In this document: piece by piece, positions 52,459-64,000 of the stretch
Numbering within the stretch: the stretch's first letter is position 1
How the letters are laid out: the number at the start of each line of letters is the position of its first letter
Source of the DNA: Octopus vulgaris
Lineage: Eukaryota
Length of the DNA stretch: 64,000 nucleotides
Direction of reading: 5' to 3'
Assembly: GCA_951406725.2 (NCBI GenBank)
Contig: OX597814.1
Span: 78,368,001-78,432,000, forward strand
Translations under genes and position numbers: made by a program
The notes under the pieces: model-generated
What the model saw: only the letters and a program-made list of their open reading frames with translations
Databases searched by the model: none
Told to the model about the DNA's origin: nothing

Positions 52459-53996
52459 AATATACACACATATATATTTGATGGGCTTCTTTCAGTTTCA
52501 TTCAACCAAATCCACTCACAAGGCTTTGTTCAGTAGGGGCTATTGTAGAAGACACTTGCCCAAGGTGCCATGCAGTGGGACTGAACTTGAACCCATGTGC
52601 TTAGGAAGCTGGGAACCAAACTCTTTACCATATAGCCATGTCCGCATCTATTTGAATAAAAATATTTACCTATTATTTTTTTATGACTCATTATCATAAT
52701 TATGGGCCCATTTTGTTGGTTAATTAAACAACACAACAAATACATTGTGAATGACTCTTTTCAAGGCAAGCATATGTTAGCATATTGTGAATACCAAAAT
52801 AATATTGGAGATAATCTTCTGGCAAATTGAGTGTGTGACCAGAATTTAATTCATAATTGTGACTATTTTTGTTCACAAACTTTTTATTTTAATACAGCGG
52901 AAAAAGCATAAGCATCACAACACCCAACATTACTCCTAAGCTGATATCACTTATGAAAATTCAGACAACACAATGGATAAATAGCTGCCCTTTCATAATT
53001 TCAATATTTCAAGTATGTGTGTATTTGAAGTAAGACATTTTTGTGAGCTTCAATTAATTCAAACCTAGGTGATTCTTATTAATCGTTTGTTAACAAAAAG
53101 TACTTCATACTGTGATGCACTTACACCAAGGTTGTTAGCTTGCTATGCTTGATATTCTCTTTCACCCTGGTCCTCTTGATATTTAAGGTGAGAAAAACTT
53201 TAGAGTGAGAAAAAATTATTTTCAAAGTGATCACAAACATTCGCTAATTTCCTCTATTGTCCTACAATAGGTGAAAGCAAGGCTGTATGATTAAAAAGTT
53301 TGCTTTGTAGCTACATGATTTCAATTTCAATCCCACTACATAGCACCTTGAGAAAGTGTCTTCTGTATAACCAAGGGCTAAGTGGCACCTTGTGAGCAAA
53401 ATTAACAAACGGATTCTGGAAAGAAACCTTTGTGTATGTATGTATGTACACGTGTATATATGCATGCAAGTAAGTGTGTGCATGTGCACAGGTCTCCTTG
53501 TTTTAAGGTCACAAACATCACTATCATACAAATGGTGCTGCTGTATGCTATATTCCATGAAAAAGAAGTTCAAACTAAGGGAAAATATCACTTTGCTTGG
53601 AAACAAGAGATGGTTTATGATGGGAGGAGCATCTGACTATAGGAAATTTGCCTCAAATTTCATCTGATTTGTGCAAGTATGGAAAAGTATATTAAAACAA
53701 TGACAATCGTGTTTGTACTCTGCCTTCAATGCTTTCTTCATGTTTTTACATGTATTATCTAACACTAGTATCAATGGAACTATTTTGAATATTAAGCAGA
53801 TTTTACTTTGAATTGTTAGTATAAATAATTTGAGCATGTACAACACAATCATTAAATTCAGTTATTCTGTGGGAAAATAAAAGGTCTATGTTGAAGGGCT
53901 TATGCTACACAGTAATTGTGTCAACACCATTAAATTAACAGCTGCTACAAAATGGAAGATAATCTAGTTTATGAAGTTGAATAAGTGACTACTTAC

Positions 53997-54080
53997 CAGC
54001 CATGACAGGCTTTGATTAATATAATCTGGGTCAGATAATAAATCTACAGCTGGTATAAATATTTCATTTACTAACACTTC
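53997..54080 (-). CDS. SNX13: SNX13 exon (PXA end)
   Basis: tcacag|...|gtaagt; 84 nt, phase 0->0; EVLVNEIFIPAVDLLSDPDYINQSLSWL (conserved LSDPDYINQ). Confidence 0.95.
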
Positions 54081-55894
54081 CTGTGAATGAGAAAAGATGC
54101 ACAAATGAAATCTTTATAAAACTTGAAATTTGAAAGAAAAAAATCTGCAAGCTCATCTCTCAATATGCTTCTTCAATATTATATAAGATAAGGGAGATTA
54201 AAATGACAGAATCAATAAAATACAGGAATATAAACTGCAACTCTGCCTGCCACTTCAACCTGTTTTTTTCTAACAATTCAGTTGGAATCATGAATTTCCC
54301 CTTTCATCCCACTGCAACTGTTAAGTCCCAGCACCAGGTATGTACTAGATTTATTCAACTGACTATGCCTCTCCTCTACAAACCAGTGGCCTAGTGCCAA
54401 CTTAAAAAATTAATATTACAGACAACTAAAATGTAATAAAACTATAAGCTCTGAAATGTAAGGCTGATTTTTTCTTTAGCAGTACATTTATGGTATATTT
54501 ATAATTTCAAATCATGTTATATCATTTTTCTATTCCAGCAAATGTTGTACATAAGGATGCAGGCAATTGTTTTTATGAGTTAGTCAAGGGAAAAGGTGAA
54601 GTGCTCCTGAATTTGCAGGCCCTCTACAACTGACAATCAACTTGGACAACTAAGGGAAAAATGTGGATGTAACAAGGAGTTCATTCCTGAATGCTTGTAA
54701 CAGGGTGAACTCCACCAAAGGTAGTCATGGAGTAAGTGGTGTTGCTAAACAGGGCTGCAGTTAAAGCCTAACAACTCAATACACTATAATCTATATCCAT
54801 TCGTAAAAATTGTGTTGCATCCACAGATTGAACTCAATTTCTTTTTATCTATTTGGCTCGCCATTTATTCACAGATATCACTGTTAAGGAAATGTAACAA
54901 GTCGTTACCAAACAAAATGAAAGGTTGTTATGATCAGGTGAAATATAATATCATCATACCTTTACTAAACTACTTTTCAATCAAATTATATACAAACACA
55001 CCACTGAAATATTGAAGCTATGAGATAATGTGTGATTAAATCAAAACAATGTAAATAAATAAGCAATGCATTTGACAAAGAAATATGATTGGTAAAGGGT
55101 TAAAATGATCCAAATTAAAAACCTTCAGGCAAAATCTCATGTTAAACTATGTTCCAAACATCAGCTTAATAATGACAGTTATTTTTACCAAATTCTTCCT
55201 TATTATCAAAATTAATGGAAACAAAAGCAGCAAGTTTCAACAGAAATATAATAACAAAGATATTAAACTCATTAATCAATTCTTTAATCTACACAAATTC
55301 GATATGATCTCTTTAATTGTATAATTCATGAAAAATAGAAAGAGAGCTGTTGTTGTTGTTTAGCCTTATGTCAGGTCACTGAGTAGGTCACAGTTTAAAT
55401 GCATTATATTCTGTCTTTTTGTATACCAATGTCTGCATTGGTTGCTATTTCTAGTAGACTGAGTGACTACATAGATGCTCTCTCATTTGGCTCAAGGTAA
55501 TTTCTGTTGATTAGTAGACTCAATTTTTTTTCGCTACTTTCGTGGACTCCCATGACTGTCACCATCCAATTCCATTATTATGAATTTGAATTTAGAGTTT
55601 GAGTCATAGTGAATCTTTCATTGGCTGATTACATAGTCATGGACACCATCCCTATGGATGCATTGCAGTTACTCTCTCATAATAAAACTTGGTGATCTAG
55701 GATTCCTCCACTCAGCATCAACGTGAGAAGTACTATTGGCTCAGATGAGCTCTTCCACTACCTCTTCGCAATTGGCCATGCTGCCCATAACTTCACCATA
55801 TCCCTGGCAGGGTAGCTAAATGGCTGTCTGATAAAGTACATCCATAGCTTGTAACAATTCAGAAGCTTGGAGATGACCCAACCCACTGAAAATA

Positions 55895-57190
55895 TTGGGT
55901 TGGCAACTAAGTTCCCGCTGTTTTTTTAAATTTTGTAATTTATTGTGTTTTTAAATTTTGGAATCTATTTACTTTGAGAATTCTATTTTTGAATCATTTT
56001 GGAATCTATTTTGTTTTTACTTTTCTAGTTAATTTTAGTTCATTTTTGTTTATTTTCTGATCATTAAACTGGAATGTCAAGTTAAGAAAAACAAGCATTT
56101 TCAACACTTCCTTCTTTTTGCTTTTAATCAAGGTTCTAAGGCCGTAAAAGTTGCTCGCAACATTTGTGATGTGTGTGGAGGGGGTGCCATAGCTGAAAGA
56201 ACTGCTCTTGATTGATATGCCAAGTTCAAAAATGGAAATTTTGACCTCAAAGATGCACCTTGTTCTGGCCGTCCAGTTGAGTTCGATGAAGAGCGATTAA
56301 ACCAACTTTTGCACAAAAATTCTCATCAAATGACAGAGGAACTGGCAGAGAAAATGGAATGCTCTCATATTGCTATAGAGAATCATCTTCACTTGATGGG
56401 AAAGGTTCAGAAGTATGGAGCATGGGTTCCACATGCTTTAAGTGACAGCAACAAAAATCAATGAGCCACAATCTCTGCTGGTTTACTTACTCGTCACTGC
56501 TCAACTCATAGACACAAGCAACAATTTCTTTGCTGAATCGTTACTGGCGATGAAAAAATGGTGCCTGTACATCAATATGAAACAGCGTAAGGAATGGCTT
56601 AGCCCCAGTAAACAAGTGACACTGCACGTGAATAATGATCTTCAACCGTGTAAAACGATGTTGTGCATATGGTGGGACTGGGAAGGGGTTATCCATTATG
56701 AATTACTTGAATGGAACCAAACGGTCAATGTGGAACTCTATGTTCAACAGATGGAACGACTCGACACAGCTGTTCAAGAGAAAAAAGCTAATCGGCAGCA
56801 TGGAGTTCTTCTGCTGCATGACAATGCCCGCCCTCATATCACCAATATGATCAAGGAAGCCATTCAAACGCATGGCTGGGAAGTGCTGCCACACCCACCA
56901 TACTCTCCTGATTTGACACCAACAGATTTCCACCTCTTTCGATCTCTTTCAAAATGCTATGCACACAGTTTCGTTCAATACTGATGCAGAATTGAGAGCT
57001 TGGTTGGATCAATTTTTCCAGTCAAAATCAGGTGATTTCTACCAACAAGGTATTGAAAATCTTGTTGAATGTTGGGAAGAAGTTGTAAACAACAAGGGTA
57101 AATACATTATTGATTCATTATTTGTTATTTTTTGTTAAACCTTTTAAAAAGTTTTAATTTAAAAAAACTGCGGGAAATTAGTTGCCATCT
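55895..57190 (+). mobile_element. full-length decayed mariner (DD34D type)
   Basis: TA|ttgggttggcaactaagttcccgc ... gcgggaaattagttgcca; motifs WVPHAL, TGDEK, HDNARPH, HPPYSPDLTPTDFHLFRSL; stops and frameshifts. Confidence 0.93.
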
Positions 57191-57680
57191 TTACTTAACT
57201 AAATATTTTCTTATCATTTTGTAATTGTTTGTCTGAGATAAATATTATTGTTAAAACAAGAGGCATTCTAGTAACAGAGTAGAAGATAAGGACAAAGTTC
57301 CTTTGTCATCAATCAACCTACAACCATATCTATTGTCTTAAATATTTGAATTTTAAGGTTTTAGTGCAGGATTGCATTAACTAAAAGGACACCATTTATC
57401 ATTGGTGGCAAAATGTTCTTGAGCTCTATCTTAAAAACAAACTAAACTAGGAATGATCTTTAATACAAACATTGCATAAAGAAAATTAAATAATCCTAGT
57501 TAGTGTCTACTTCAGATCTAAAATTTTTTGCAGGGCATACAAATTATAACATTATCATAAAACAGAAAAATTTGAAGAAAAGATAAAATCAGACAATAGG
57601 AAATGGAGATAAATTGAAAGTAGAAAGAAAATGAAGTTCATAACAAAAATAATACTGAAACTACTTTCAAACTTACTTAC

Positions 57681-57769
57681 TCTAATAATATATCTAAATG
57701 ATTTGTTTTGAAAATCTTCTTTTGGTAAAAGTAAATATAATAAAACTTCAGAAAGGTTTCTTAAATATC
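57681..57769 (-). CDS. SNX13: SNX13 exon (PXA)
   Basis: ttccag|...|gtaagt; 89 nt, phase 1->0; RYLRNLSEVLLYLLLPKEDFQNKSFRYIIR. Confidence 0.95.
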
Positions 57770-59334
57770 CTGGAAGTAAAATTAAAAGAGTTCATATTAG
57801 TGAAACATCCCAATTATTTAATTCAGAAATAGACAATATAATATAATATATACAAAAAAACATCAAATGATCACAGCAGTGACTATGAAGGTCATAGATG
57901 TGATGATGATGGAAGAGGCAGGATTTTGTTTGAGATTTCTAATTCAGCATAGGCTGGAATGGCACACAATAGAGCATCTTTCAATATTTTAATCCATCAA
58001 AAGCGTCAAGCTGGCAGAATCATTACTGCCCTTGCAAAAATTCTTAGAAACATTTCTCTCAATTGTATATTCTTAAGTTCAAATGTTGCTGGGGTCAACT
58101 TTGCCTTTTATCCTTTTGGAGTCAATAACATAAGTACCAGTTGACACTAGGCTTGATGTAACTTGATGTATGCCCCGAAATTGCTGGCTTTCTGCCAAAA
58201 TTTGAAGCTAATATTTTATTCCATCTCTATTGGTTTGAGCAGAAGTATATTATTTCTTGTTTTAGAACTATGACTGCAGGTATGGCTGTTTGGTAAGAAG
58301 TTTATTTCACAACTAAATGGTTCTGGGATCAATCCTACAGTGTAGTACTGGGCAAGTGTCTAATATAACCCCAGGTCAACTAAAGCCTATTGAGTGGATT
58401 TGGCAGGCAGAAACTGAAAAAAGCCTGTTGTATTGTGTATGTGTGAAGGCACAATGACCCAGCGGTTAGGGTAGCAGACTCGTGGTCATAGGATTGCAGT
58501 TTTGATTCCCAGACCGGGTGTTGTGAGTGTTTACTGAGTGAAAACACCTAAAGCTCTATAAGGCTCCAGCAGGGGGTGGTGGCAAACCCTGCTATACTCA
58601 TTCAGCCACTTGCATGTTAATTTCATGAACAGGCTGTTCTGTTAATTGGATCAACAGGAACCCTCGTTGTCATAACTGATAGAGTGCCACATTATTGTGT
58701 ATGTATATGTATGTGTGTGTTACTATCTCCTTACTTTGACATCACAAAATAGTTGTACATGAGTGTCAACAATCTTCTGAAAAAATACATCTGGTTGTGG
58801 GGAAATATTATACTAGGAAACAGATGAAGGTTAGTGATATGAAGGGCATCAGTCTATAGAAAATCTACCTCAATAAATTCTGTCCAATCCACACAAGCAT
58901 AGACATTAAAATGATGATGGTAATGACATTCCTCTTCTATTACACACACACACACTCTCTCTCTCTCCTTCTTTCTGATGCTGGTAAACAGACCATGACA
59001 TACAGAAGAGTTCTTTAGTCTTGCTAGGTGAGGAGGTGAGAGGAGGACAAGATAATCTCTCTAGTGCAGATATGACAATAAAATGTACCTATACACAAAA
59101 TAAAGCAGTTGGTGACAGAAAGAACATCCCGCTATAGAAACCATAAAAAATATACAACTTATGAGCAAGCAGTGCACTCCAATCTTATAGACTAGTAACT
59201 CTAAATAAGAACTGATTCAATCTTTGACAGCATATCCAACCCATGCCAGTATCTTCATTGTAAGCCAGCACAAGAAAAGCTGTGTGGTTCAGTTAAGAGC
59301 CTTCTTCCACTTCTCTCTCCAACTCTATATATAG

Positions 59335-59740
59335 GTTATATTTTGGATGACCATACCACCTTCATGGCAGCCAATTTTGGCTTTGCACGCCTGTGCTCTT
59401 TCTAAAACTTGCACCATAACACCCTCAAGAGTTTCGGACCCCACTTCTCTGATTTCTCTATTGATGTTCTCCTTCAGTTGCATCAGGGTCTCTGGTTTGT
59501 TAACATAAACCCTCTCTTTCAGGAATCTCCACAAGAAAAAATCTGGACTAATCAAGTCTGGGGAACATGAAGGCCATTCAAAGTAGACCTTGCACGTGGT
59601 TCCAGCAAGATGGGGCAACTGCTCATACCACAAAAGAAACAATGCAGTTACTATGGCAATGCTTTGGAAAGAGAATACTCTTCTGCTATGGCAATGTCAA
59701 CTGGCTTTCACGTTCCCTAAATCTGACTAGCCCAGATCTA
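59335..59740. mobile_element. DD41D (rosa-type) Tc1/mariner fragments in inverted arrangement
   Basis: Plus: WFQQDGATAHT...WLSRSLNLTSPD (41 residues between the two Asp); minus: WPSCSPDLISPDFFLWRFLKERVYVNKP. Confidence 0.75.
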
Positions 59741-59972
59741 AACAATAACAAAACTTTAATGAGTTTCATACCTGTTTACTCTGAGTTCAAATCCTGGAAG
59801 AGCTAGTTTTGCATTTCATCCCTCCAAAAGGAGTGGCATTTAAAGTAATGTGTATCAGTAATATACTAAGATATAGTTGCTCTTTCAACTGACTGGACAA
59901 AATAACACAATATTTGTAGAGAAACATTCTCAGCAAAAATTCAAAGAAGAAACAGAAAAGTAAAATACTCAC

Positions 59973-60074
59973 GGTGCTCATGCTCAGTTGATGTAATAGT
60001 TGCATCTCGACACATTTTTTCCATCTCCACTTCTAGGTCAAAAAATATGCTTTCTATATCGGGATTAACATTAT
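59973..60074 (-). CDS. SNX13: SNX13 exon (PXA)
   Basis: ttgtag|...|gtgagt; 102 nt, phase 1->1; DNVNPDIESIFFDLEVEMEKMCRDATITSTEHEH. Confidence 0.93.
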
Positions 60075-60970
60075 CTACAACAAAAAAAACTCACAATTGT
60101 TATATAGAAAAAGAATTTGAAAGAACACAAGAACAATACAGATTATACCCTGACAACAAATTTAAATATTGACTAATTTTATTTTAATTTTTTCTGGTTT
60201 AGTCAGAGGAAGAAGGGCACAGTCTGTAACCTTTGCATGGCCTCTGAAACTGGTGGGGTGAGGAAGGGGAGAATAAGACACAATTTACTAGTTATAACTG
60301 ATGAGCTTTTTCACAGTTTTCTGTTACCAAACTTTACTCACAAGGCTTGAATCAATTTGATGCGATAGATAAAAGACATTGTGTAATGTAGTGGGATCAA
60401 ACCCAGAACTGTGGTATTATTAAATGAACTTCTTTATCACATATCTGTACTTGCACCCACAAAGGAACATGTACATGCCAATGTGATTACAATGTTGAGC
60501 AGGGAATACTCTTCCAAGAAAATGTGCTTCTGAGTTCGCAATACTAACATTAATTGATATTATAAATTAAGATGTGGTGAACAAAAGAAATAATAGAACC
60601 CAATTCCCTTGGAAACTATACAACTGGTTATATAAATACAGGTAACATTATGTATAAGTGTTAAGAGTAGTTTCATTTACACTCATCTGAAGCCTTCAGC
60701 AGATTCTGGCCATTTACAAAGAGATCTGCACATTAAATCAATAGCGCAATAGCTGTGTGGGTAGTAGACTATAGACAGCATATAAGTTCGCAGGTAGGTA
60801 TGACAGCATGGTCAAAACTGCAAAATTACAACAGCAAATGTGGTGCATTTCTGAGCAAGACAACTCTACTTGCCCCACAGCAGAAAGGGCAGTTAATGTT
60901 TTAATAAGATATAAGTGTATGCATATCTATTTATATATATAAAAAAAAAAATTATAGGATGAGAGCTTAC

Positions 60971-61086
60971 CATCTTTAAGGAGGCTTTTAAATTTTTCAT
61001 TTGCCCTCCTATATAACCGAATATGAGAAGCGAAATCGTCAACCAACTTTTGGGTGAAATATGGCATCCATTCAACTTCTTTTGAT
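60971..61086 (-). CDS. SNX13: SNX13 exon (PXA domain), first exon found in window
   Basis: ttgaag|...|gtaagc; 116 nt, phase 2->1; SKEVEWMPYFTQKLVDDFASHIRLYRRANEKFKSLLKD resembles the SNX13 PXA segment as I recall it (SKEIDWQPYFTTRIVDDFGTHLRVFRKA). Confidence 0.93.
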
Positions 61087-62149
61087 CTTCAAAGCAAACA
61101 AACATTTAATATTATATAAGATTTAAATACAGTTAATAATAGAATATTAATTATATCTCAAATTTTAAGTATTTTCTGCTTTAGGTTTTATTCTTCTATC
61201 ATGATCAACTGATTTTCATATGGGTAGACATTAATGAGGATTGTTCTCATAGCAATAGCCATTCTTATACAAGTTCATCATACTGACTTGCTCATAAATC
61301 CTTTTAAATTACGCCTTATTTTAGAAACTTCTGAATTACATTAGAGAAGAATCACAATAAGTATTTGAAAAAACAGGTTTAAAATTAGAAACTTAATGGT
61401 TACACGCCCACCAAAAATAAAGAAAGCCCTGTCTACCCCAGGTAGTATGTATCAATCTCATACAATGTCATCCTGAACCAATCTTTTCCACCACAATTAC
61501 CAGCTCATAAAACTTTGTATACTCTATTCTCATTATGCCACATAATCTTTTTCCTCTCATCATTTATTTTCTCTGGTCTCTTCAAAGCCTTCTCTTTAGC
61601 AAATAACTGCTGCATCTAATATTGTGATGTAGTTACAGTTATTTACAACCATTCTGTTCATTATATTCCAATTACACATTCAACAGATTGAAATATATTC
61701 AACATTTAGTGAAAGAAAAACACCATCTTGACATTTGAGAAGCACAATTCATGACCACAGTCTGAAGCAGTTAGCAATTATAAAATGACATGTCTATAAA
61801 AGAGCAATAGGGATTTCTCACATAGGCAAGGCCATAAATCTAGGAGAACGCATTGTATATGAATGATACTTTTAACTTTATTGACCCTGAAAGGGTGAAA
61901 GGCAAAGTTGCTCTAGGTACAATTTTAAGACAGAAGTTTAAGAGTCTACACAAATACCAAATGGCATTTTGTTTGATGTTCAAATAAGAGAGTAATATGT
62001 CTATGAAACCAGGCATTTTCTGGGACTGCAGAAGAAAGATCTTTGCAAAGTTTCAGTATAATTTTGTTTCCCCGGTCCATTTTATAAAATGGACAGGAAG
62101 AATGAAAAGTGAAATATGATGATAGCAGTAATCTCCTGGTATACTAAAT

Positions 62150-62770
62150 TTTTATTATTATCGTTGTTATTATTGTTATTATTATTATTATTATCATTAT
62201 TATGGATAGGCTTCAACCTGGGCTGCAGCAACAAAGTCTACTTGCTGCACTTCTTTGTTCAACTTCACTACCTTGAGGTCATGGATACATTCTAGGCCAG
62301 TGTCTGTGATTAAGTAGTCAATGTAAGTGTGACAATGTTTTCCTCTCTTTACATCACCATGAAGTGGATTCCACAAGACTAATTTGAAGATTTCCAGTTC
62401 AGGGTGGCTCACGCAATGACCAGATAGTTACAACTGTCTTTGCCTGATCTTCACACCAACTTTTGGCAGGTCTCCATAAAGGCTTTCATTTGTCATATGT
62501 TGCTGCCATTTCACATTTAGGGCAATTCATAGCATCCTTGTATAGCAGCCATCTAGCCCATTTGATAATTTCATTGTCAGTGTCCATATTTCACTGCCAT
62601 ACAATTAGACAGTTGCAATGAACAGCATTTTCATTTGCTTGGGTAATTTGGGGTTTCAGACCTTCTTTAATTTGTGGCAAGCTGCTCATGCTTGTGCCTT
62701 CCTGATTTTGATGTCTGCTTTTGAACTGCTCACCCAACCACCTAAGTTTGGTATCAACTTCATCATCAAT
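62150..62770 (-). mobile_element. RTE-like LINE 3' fragment with (TAA)n tail
   Basis: DIKIRKAQA, LYGSEIWTLT..LDGCYTRML, LSGHCVSHPE..LVLWNPLHG..KRG..TYID. Confidence 0.75.
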
Positions 62771-64000
62771 GTCACCTTTGACATCATTAAGGTCATCAAT
62801 GCTATGAATGACAGGATAAAAAAAATGTGGTTGATAAGAAAAATTTAGATATGATCCTACATTTGTGACATATGCATTGAAAGCCTATATAAATACCACA
62901 GATATAATATTTTGAAACTTAGGCACTACTATATGCTATGTAACAATATTTTTAATTTCCAGAGCTATGAATTTCATCTTTCATTATTTTCAGCTTTTCA
63001 ATGTTTAGAAACATTATACAATGACTATGAATTAAGGAAAGTACTTATTTCAAAAATTAAATTGTGTTTCATGTCCATTTACACTTAGTCTGACAATTTT
63101 TATTGTTGTTTAGCTCCAAGTTGGCCTGCATTGTGTAGACTATGATCAAAGGCATTCCAGCCATTATCAGCAATTTTTCTCTCTCTTAGGCATAGTGTAG
63201 TTTGAACTACAACTTCTATGTCTTTAAAAAAAAAAGATTAGAGTATGATTTGAAGACAATTTTACAGCATTTTTATCAGATCAAGTATCTTATAGAATTT
63301 AGCCTGTCATTAGGCAATCGTTTACCCAATTATGTTCTAAAGTTAATTTCAGCCATTTATTTAATACCAGTGGGCAATGACACAAAGTATACAATGTTGC
63401 CAAAAGAGCATTATATATCAAGGAAAAAATGCAGACTACATTGACCTCCCAAGACTGGAATGTTCTATCAAGAGCTCTGAAAAAGTCTGAAAATAATGAA
63501 GTTAAAATCTTCCCTTTATAACCATAGAACACCTATTTTCAAAAACAAAATAATTGGCTTTCTTATATTATACAGCCTTCCATTATCCAAACGTCAATCA
63601 AAGATAGGGGTGATTAAGCAACAGTTTATCATTGTTAGTGAGCTATCAAAACTGATTCAATTATTGTGAACTTTAAATGTATTAGGTAAATGTAAAGAAC
63701 TAATGACTAAAAGTACACACAATCAAGCTAATGAGAGGGCTTTGACATAAAAGCTCATGCTACTAAAAAAAGCAATCAAATTTCTTTCATATTATTCAAC
63801 CATCATAAAAAAGAAGACACACAAAAAAAATTAGCCTCTTTAAAAAAATAGAAACAAGATGGCCTCAGCTGAAATGTCATCAACTCTCTGGTATTTAATC
63901 TAGTCATGTTCGTTCCAAATATTCTACCAGTTTTATGCTAAAATTGACCAGATCCAACCTTTCACACTTACTCTACAATGTCATTCTAAAAAATATACAA

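Noticed and set aside
56073-57113. Domesticated SETMAR-like gene or active transposase
   Set aside because: In-frame stops, frameshifts, flanking TIRs and no SET domain.

Overview
AT-rich, repeat-dense eukaryotic DNA. The SINE families, (TA)n/(TAG)n/(TAA)n microsatellites and gene structure look like an octopus/coleoid genome; this is inference from repeat recognition, not a database check. The whole window lies inside one minus-strand gene, a sorting nexin-13 (SNX13/RGS-PX1) orthologue. I hand-spliced 14 GT-AG exons between 61086 and 4507 covering the end of the PXA domain, the RGS domain and the PX domain; both gene ends lie outside the window. Those core exons join in frame except across the 26-kb RGS-PX linker interval (35561-9309), which starts in phase 1 and must end in phase 0. 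There I find a chain of small candidate exons and microexons (27/23, 170, 26, 91, 18, 56, 24 and 15 nt) that closes the frame without stops; one is a poly-Thr exon built from an (ACT)n microsatellite. The introns hold decayed mariner/Tc1 elements, MITEs, many tRNA-derived SINEs, a young GC-rich CR1-clade LINE, RTE and R4/Dong-like fragments, and a cluster of Penelope-like fold-back palindromes. These palindromes turn on an AAATTT centre, and one carries a hammerhead-ribozyme motif. All coordinates and translations were read by eye; the microexons need RNA-seq confirmation.
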